Positions 39,399-46,371 of a stretch of DNA of 46,371 bases are shown here, piece by piece (positions within the stretch are counted from its first letter, which is position 1; each line of letters starts with the position of its first letter). The notes beneath the pieces were generated by a model. That model saw only the letters and a list, made by a program, of their open reading frames with translations. It was not told the DNA's origin and did not search any database. The position numbers were made by a program, and so were the translations under genes. The stretch is from Octopus sinensis (lineage: Eukaryota). Location of the stretch: contig NW_021834686.1 in assembly GCF_006345805.1 (NCBI RefSeq), positions 1 through 46,371 on the forward strand. The letters are read 5' to 3'.

Positions 39399-39685
39399 CT
39401 GACACTCGGTCACTTACGTCAACGACACTTCCAACTGATCCGATCAACGGAACAGCCCGCGCATGAAATTAACGCACAAGAGGCTGTGTACTCCACAGAC
39501 ATGCGTAGCATGACATAGAGTGTTAAAACGCTGACCCTTTAAACTACATGTACTATTCATTTTTGTCAGTTGAGTGGACTGCAGCAACGTGAAATAAAAT
39601 GTCTTGCTCAAGAACACAAAGTACATCATTTAATGGAAATCAAGACCCTACGGTCGTGAGCCGAATGCCCTTATTCACTAAGTCA
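39399..39685 (-). mobile_element. SINE family C, diverged
   Basis: gatccgatcaacggaacagcc...ctgaccctttaaa...tcatttttgtcagttgagtggactgcagcaacgtgaaataaaatgtcttgctcaagaacac. Confidence 0.8.
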
Positions 39686-40043
39686 TTGCTGTATACGTCA
39701 AAAACTTTCTTATTGGTTTGTTATAATGAAATATTATTTAGAATTGTATAAAAAAATTTAAGATACATGCTGTGTATTGTAGACGTACATCCCATGTATT
39801 TCACGTATATTTTAACAACAAAATGTTACATAGCCCCATAGGGCCATATGGACCCATTTCAGAAACACTGATGATGATGATGATAAATCCTTGGTCTCGC
39901 TTGAATAATTTAGCTTTCAATTATAATAGCCTGCATGTTTTTTATATCTTTTATCTTTTACTTGTTTAGACTGCAGCTATGGTAGTATGTAGAGGACCTG
40001 CTCGTACCTCGGTTTAAAATAATTTTTTTCACGTGTATTTTCG

Positions 40044-40420
40044 AGTGCATTCAACGTATCTGACCTCCAAACCCGTCCGAAAACACTTTTTTCTGGAAAA
40101 GAAGAGAGGGAAGCGGTAAAAAAATTATTTCACAGCGAAATATCGGCGGGTCCTTTATCGCAAATATTTGTTACGTAGTAATAGGGTGTGCCAGAAATAG
40201 CAGCCAAATGTTTCCTTTTCCGGGGAAAGGAACCGTTTACGCGTGATTTCGATGTCAAAGTCGTTCAAAATATGCGAAATAACGTGGAAAACAAGAATAA
40301 AACCCCCGAGAATAAACTCAGTTGGTAGGGAAACTCCGAGGTCACCCCTTCTCCACCCGTTTCATTTCCTGGAGAAAGTTGGTTGCGGCAAGTTTAGAGG
40401 TCAGATACGTTGAATGCACT
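40044..40420. mobile_element. MITE-like element with 29-bp inverted repeats
   Basis: agtgcattcaacgtatctgacctccaaac (40044-40072) versus 40392-40420, one mismatch; arms extend imperfectly outward. Confidence 0.7.
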
Positions 40421-40565
40421 GAACAAAACTCGTGGACAGGGTCCTTTACGAAATATTTACCTAACCATGCCTAGAAAGAAGGTGTCAGAGTATACTACAA
40501 GCATAGAGTACTATGTTAAGGCTATGAGGGACCCGGGTCCTTCTACTTGTATGTAATTATATATA

Positions 40566-40969
40566 TACTCTTTTACTTGTTTCAGTCATTTGACTGCGGC
40601 CATGCTGGAGCACCGCCTTTAGTCGAGCAAATCAACTCCGGGACTTATTCTTTGTAAGCCCAGTACTTATTCTATCGGACTCTTTTGCCGAATCGCTAAG
40701 TGACGGGGACGTAAACACACCAGCATCGGTTGTCAAGCAATGCTAGGGGGACAAACACAGACAAACAAACATACACACACATATATACATACATATACAT
40801 ATATACGACAGGCTTCTTTCAGTTTCCGTCTACCAAATCCACTCACGAGGCATTGGTCGGCCCGAGGCTATAGCAGAAGACACTTGCCGAATATGCCACG
40901 CAGTGGAACTGAACCCGGAACCATGTGGTTGGTAAACAAGCTACATACCACACAGCTACTCCTGTGCCT
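40566..40969 (-). mobile_element. SINE family A, full length
   Basis: Complete match. Confidence 0.92.
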
Positions 40970-40982
40970 ATATATATATATA

Positions 40983-41241
40983 TATATAATATTAATTAGA
41001 GACAAAACCATATTTTGAAACAAAAAGGAAAGACTTAATCAATACATAAATTTTAATAAAAAGTAAAAAAAACCGCCACTACAATTGTTTCATGTCTTCT
41101 AATGACAATTCAGGTGGATTTCCGATTTCCAAATCAGTTTCAATTTATGAAGTGGCGGTTTTTTCACTTTTTATGTATTGATTAAGTCTTTCATTGTTTG
41201 TTTTGCAAAATAGTGGTTTTGTTTCTAATTAATATTATATA
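40983..41241. mobile_element. Fold-back element with ~90-100-bp arms and a hammerhead-derived motif (41076-41117, minus)
   Basis: Arms 40983-41080 and 41151-41241. Minus strand reads CCAC-CUGAA-U-UGUC(AUUAGAA)GACA-U-GAAAC(AAUU)GUA-GUGG. Confidence 0.8.
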
Positions 41242-41329
41242 ATATTTTACTATATAATTGGATTTAATCCTAAATCTGATTTTTTTCCCTGTAAATTTGG
41301 ATTTATTCCCTAATATTTATTATATTATA

Positions 41330-41374
<45 letters not shown>

Positions 41375-41758
41375 ATATACATACATACATGCACAGATAT
41401 ACATACACAAACTCACACATACACACACATATACAGCGAGAGAGAGAGAGAGAGAGTGACAGAGACAAACAGAGACTGATATACAGATAGGCAAATAGAT
41501 GGATAAATAGATACATAGATATAAATGACAGAAATATATATAGGTGTGTGTGTGTGTGTGTGTGTGTGTGAGTGTGTGTATGCGTGTGTGTATGCATATA
41601 TATGGATGGAATCCTGGTGGGGTGACTGGATAGATTATTGGATGCTTGGTTGAATAGGTGCATCTACATTTTCAATGATGATTCGTGTATATATTTGTAT
41701 ACATTAACAGGAGATACCCAATGTATAAATACTGGGGCAAACAATCGACATACATACC

Positions 41759-41789
<31 letters not shown>

Positions 41790-42462
41790 TGTTGTTCTAT
41801 ATATGTATATGCATGATCTATGATTAAATATATGTATATATATATGCATACACACATGTATATATATATATATATATATATGGATTAGAATATGCATGTG
41901 TATAAACGTAGTCATTGTTTCACTACCCAAATGTAGGTTCCTGCCGTGAAGCCTCTGAGGAATGGTAATGTCTGATTGTTTCAAAGACATATTTCTATAT
42001 TTTTCACACATCGCGGTTATAAGACAATATTACAGATCGTGTGACTCATCGCTCCAAATCAATCTGGATGTCTGTCTTTCTATCTATTTGCCTACCACAA
42101 TTTTCACCCTGCTCTCCCTCTCTCCACCCATGGATATATATATACTTATATATATAATATATTATATATATAATATATATATATATAATATATTATTATA
42201 TATATATATATATATTATATATATATATTATATATATATACATATATATATATATATTATTCATATATATGTATACACATATGTATACACATATGTACAT
42301 GTATATGTATATATATATGTATTATATATATGTTTTATATAGTGTGTGTGTGTATATACATATATATATATATATTGTCGCCTTCCTCTTGTGTCTTATT
42401 TCTATTTCTCCTATCCTAAATATCCAGCCATCTGCACAAAAATATACGTACTGGTATATATA

Positions 42463-42832
42463 TCTCTCCATATATAAACGGCAGTTTGTCTGTGTGTGTT
42501 TCTGTGTGTCTGTTATCTTGTACCCTCACCCTGACCACGGCTTTCAACCGATTCTGATGAAACTTGACACACACATAGCCCAATGTCATAATTCAAAACT
42601 AACGCAGCGAAAATTTTGAAAAGTTCCCCCAGTTCTGAAAAAAATCGATAAATTCGACATGGGGTCGAGAATCAGAAACACAAACCACAGAATGTCTGGG
42701 GGACGCAACTCGACCTTTTTAACTAAAAAAAATTTACCATCATTTTTTTTCTATTTTTTGGCTATAACTCTCTAAAAATGCTTTATAGTTATTTCCCTTA
42801 CAAACCCGAGCAACGCCGGGCGATACTGCTAG
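42463..42832 (+). mobile_element. Non-autonomous Helitron
   Basis: A|TC 5' end (tctctccatatataa), subterminal hairpin cccgagcaacgccggg (42805-42820), 3' CTAG|T, no TSD, and an internal (GT/CT) microsatellite. Confidence 0.85.
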
Positions 42833-43250
42833 TATATATATATATGTATATGTATGTATATGTAAATATATATGTGTGTATAAATATATGTATATATGTA
42901 TGTGTGTACGTATGCATGTCTATGTGTGTCTGTTTGTTTTTATGCGAGTAAGTATTTTTGCATAGAGATAGGTACGTACGTATATATATTTGAATGTATA
43001 GCTGTGCATGTCTGCATGGATATAAAAGCGACACCAAGTAACAGACTGCAAAAGTACTCTATGCAAACGTATCGAGCAGTAATTACGTGTGGAACGTTAA
43101 GTAATATTTGTGGTTTTAAGCCTTCGACTAGCGCAATATAGGAGTGCTTCTTTTGATGCAAGTCTGATAATAGTACACTAGTTTTTTTTGAAACCGCAAA
43201 TATTACGTAACGTTTCATGTTGCACTTCTACGTGCAGTGGCATTAAAAAA

Positions 43251-44745
43251 GAGTTAGTTAGTTAGTTAATTTGGCTCAAAAGCAAATAGCAAGGCCATGT
43301 AGGGGGACATGGAGTTAAGTACAGGGTGGTGTTCATGTAAAGAGTTCAGGCCACTTGAGGTCAAGGGAGGCTGTGAACAAAGCGGTCGTCGGCATCTTCA
43401 CCATCTCGTCTGGCAGCTTGTTCCACGGATCCGCCACCCAGACGGAGAAAGCTCCTCTCCTTCGATTGAGATGAAATCGTCGCAGGTAGAGCTTTTCGGA
43501 ATGACCCCGCAGCCGACGCTCTGGAGCAGGAGTGAAGAACAGCTCTTTCGAGAGGTTCACTTTCCGCTTATGATGTTGTGGGCGAGAATGAGATCACCAC
43601 GGCGGCGGCGTTTTTCAAGAGAATAAGGTCGAGCGTCCTCAGCCTTTCTTCGTAGGACAAATTTTTGAGACCATGAACCATGCGGGTAGCCAGCTTCTGG
43701 ACTCTTTCGAGATGCTGTATGTCTTTGAGGAGATAAGAGAAGAGGCTTGAATCCCATACTCCAATATGGTCTCACCAGCGTGACATAGAGTGGTAGGAAT
43801 TGGCTGCTGTGAGCATTCCGAATGACCGTCGAATCAAGAACAGAATTCCGCGTGCTTTGTTGGCAGCATGGACGCACTGGGCCGAAGGCGAAAAGGAGGA
43901 ATCCACCAAGATACGTAGGTCCTTTACCTGATCGGTCCTCTCCAGCAGCAGACGACCCGGCTCGAAATCAAGTTGAGTTGCAGGAGTAGAGCCGACAGGC
44001 AGATGACAGCACTTGACACGTTCAGACACAGGTCCCAATTGTTAGACCTCTTCCAAATTTGGTGGAGGCATCGACGAGATCCTCTATATACCGCGAGGAA
44101 CGACCAGTTTGATATCGTCGGCAAATAGAAGGGTGTGTTGCGTGAGGTCGTCGGGCAAGTCATTTATGAAGACTAAGAACAACAAGGGCCCAAGCACTGA
44201 ACCTTGAGGCACGCCACTGCTCGCACTGGAGACGTCGGACCGCGAACCATTAACTTGGACTTGGAAGGAGCGATCTGAGAGGAAGGCACCAACCCATCGT
44301 ACAATATCCGGATGGAAACTATATGCTTGAAGCTTGACAAGCAGTAGGCGGTGGTTTACCGAGTCAAAAGCTTTGGCAAAGTCCAGTAAAACGATGTCAA
44401 CAGCATCACTATCATCGAGGATGCGCGTCACCAATTCTTCCATTACTAGTAGGTTGGTCAAGCATGATCTCTTCGGCACGAAGCCGTGTTGGGAATCAGA
44501 GATAGAGCTGTGTTTAGGAGGTGGAGCATCATACTTTTCTTAAGGATGGTTTCGAACATCTTGCTGATAATTGATGTAAGGGAAACCGGTCGGTAGTTAA
44601 GCGGGTCTTCGCGGCTCCCTTTCTTGAAAATTGGGCAGATTATCGCTGTTCTCCAGTCTGCAGGTATAACACCCGTCGCCAATGACATATTGAATAGTCG
44701 TGTTAAGTGCTCGCAGATGACCGGAGCCAACGCTTTGATAACCTG
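43251..44745 (-). mobile_element. 5'-truncated CR1/L2-clade LINE
   Basis: RT ORF2 pieces, a 3' UTR stem-loop CCATGT/ACATGG (43295-43312) and an (AACT)n tail at 43253-43268. Confidence 0.93.
43333..44745 (-). pseudogene. Frameshifted LINE ORF2: reverse transcriptase plus C-terminal domain
   Basis: NYRPVSLTS, HGF..KRSCLTNLL, DFAKAFDSV, GVPQGSVLGPLLF, FADD, SLEKRRRRGDLI, LRGHSEKL and WNKLP; about 9 single-base deletions. Confidence 0.93.
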
Positions 44746-45150
44746 ATACAGAATCAGCTTTAACGGATCATGTAAACTATTCTAAACAATTTTATGGTTT
44801 TCATGTTTGGGTTACATTCTACACTTAACCAGACCCATATGTTCGATTTCGCGATGTGACACCTGAATTTTTACAGCAGCAAAATTTCGATCTTCCTAGA
44901 GATTCTTTGTAGAGAGTATAGAGATGCTTAATCTTGAGCTGAGTGATGCGTTAGCAATTTTCGGTTTTTCTACCGATCCTGAACCTTAATGCGTGTGTGC
45001 GCGCACGCGTGTTTGCCTGTTATAGATACATAGGTACATGTGCACCTATATAATATATATATATATGTAATCATATATATATATATATTATATATATATA
45101 TATATATATTTACCATCTAGACATATATTATATATATATATATTATATAG

Positions 45151-45452
45151 GTAAACAGTAAAAATAAATACAGACATGGACAAGAACATGAAAACACACA
45201 GAGACGACACAAGCCCACAGGACGGGACATTCGAAGCCCTCAGTCATCAGTCAAGAACCAGATCATCTTAGCAATTTCGGCTGTATAAAATATATATAAA
45301 AATACAAAACGGGACAAGAACGCAAAACCTTCAAATAGACGACACAAAAAACGGACGGGTCATGCGAAGCCTCTAATCTTCAGTCAAGAACCGGATCATC
45401 CTCGCAATTTCGGCTGATTAATCTTGAGATCGCTCAGATCCGGCCAGCCCCA
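45151..45452. repeat. Dispersed repeat family F, two tandem diverged copies
   Basis: ggacggg..att/tgcgaagcc...cagtcaagaacc.gatcatc...gcaatttcggctg occurs twice; homologous to 28275-28590. Confidence 0.7.
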
Positions 45453-46193
45453 AACATATATACATGTATATCTATATATGTATATTTGTATATATGTATG
45501 TATATACATTCATATATACGCACATGCATGCAAACTACTCTGACTAGATACTCTTCTGTGTGATAGGAAAGATAAGACATGTGCTGATGTCGATACCAGG
45601 TGAGAATGCGATCGATAAAGCCGTGGGAAATCGTTTTCCTTTGGAATAGAAAAAGAGTCTGCCTTTATTTCTTCTTTTGATGGTGTCTCAAATTTAGGTT
45701 AAATCAGTGTTTTTCAAAGGGGAGGCCTATGGAACGGTTGGATAAGTTGTTTTGAGAAAATTTTGTTTAAATGTTTGACAGCTCAGCAACGTCCATTGGA
45801 CGGGAGGCGTTTTGCTCGTATATATATATATTATATATCAAGGATATAATAGAAGACACTTGCTTAAGGTGCCATGCAGTGAAAGGAATTAAGACGGAAC
45901 GTTGTGGTTGGGAAACAGACTTATCGAAGGGCCACTCATGTGCTGATCTATGTATTGACAGAACCTGGACCAATATTTTGCTTATAACAATTGTATGAGC
46001 CGTATTTTAGCTCACACCTTGAACTAATCGAGATTGCCTAAAGAGGAATATGGTGTGAAAACACGTCAAATTTCGAGATGAAGTGTTTTGCTCAAGAACA
46101 CAATCCAATAATTTGCTAGGGAATCGAAACCACGTTCTTGTGATCGTGGGTGGAGCATCCTAACCGCATACATGTAACTATATCTGTGTATTA

Positions 46194-46229
<36 letters not shown>

Positions 46230-46371
46230 ACTATCTATCTATCTATCTATCTATCTACTGTGTCTATCTTTCTGTCTATCTATCTATCTATATCTATATC
46301 TATTACTATCTCTATCTATCGTCTATCTATCTGGACGGACGGACGGACGCTAGTCAAATGGGCTCCACGTA

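Noticed and set aside
43309-44543. Plus-strand ORFs 43309-43626 and 44334-44543
   Set aside because: Antisense shadows of the LINE ORF2.

Overview
Eukaryotic, AT-rich window made almost entirely of repeats, with no prokaryotic gene content. The microsatellite density and the SINE families suggest an octopus (coleoid cephalopod) genome; this is recognition, not a database result. Well-supported features: (1) one intact tRNA-Ser(CGA) gene at 38206-38287 (-); (2) a 5'-truncated CR1/L2-type LINE ORF2 at 43251-44745 (-), broken only by 1-bp deletions in base runs; (3) a non-autonomous Helitron at 42463-42832; (4) about 25 copies or fragments of three tRNA-derived SINE groups, labelled A, B and C here; (5) decayed LINE remnants, including an RLE/R4-Dong-like piece; (6) a 9 x 107 bp tandem array grown inside a SINE; (7) a 27 x 18 bp minisatellite with higher-order structure; (8) several long fold-back elements. 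Nearly all ORFs in the supplied track are microsatellite artefacts. No protein-coding host gene could be identified; only a few weak plus-strand exon candidates were seen. The most unusual signal is a set of minimal hammerhead-ribozyme-like motifs of the Penelope type. One lies inside a fold-back whose inverted arm starts exactly at the predicted cleavage site. Every motif carries at least one core defect, so activity is unproven.
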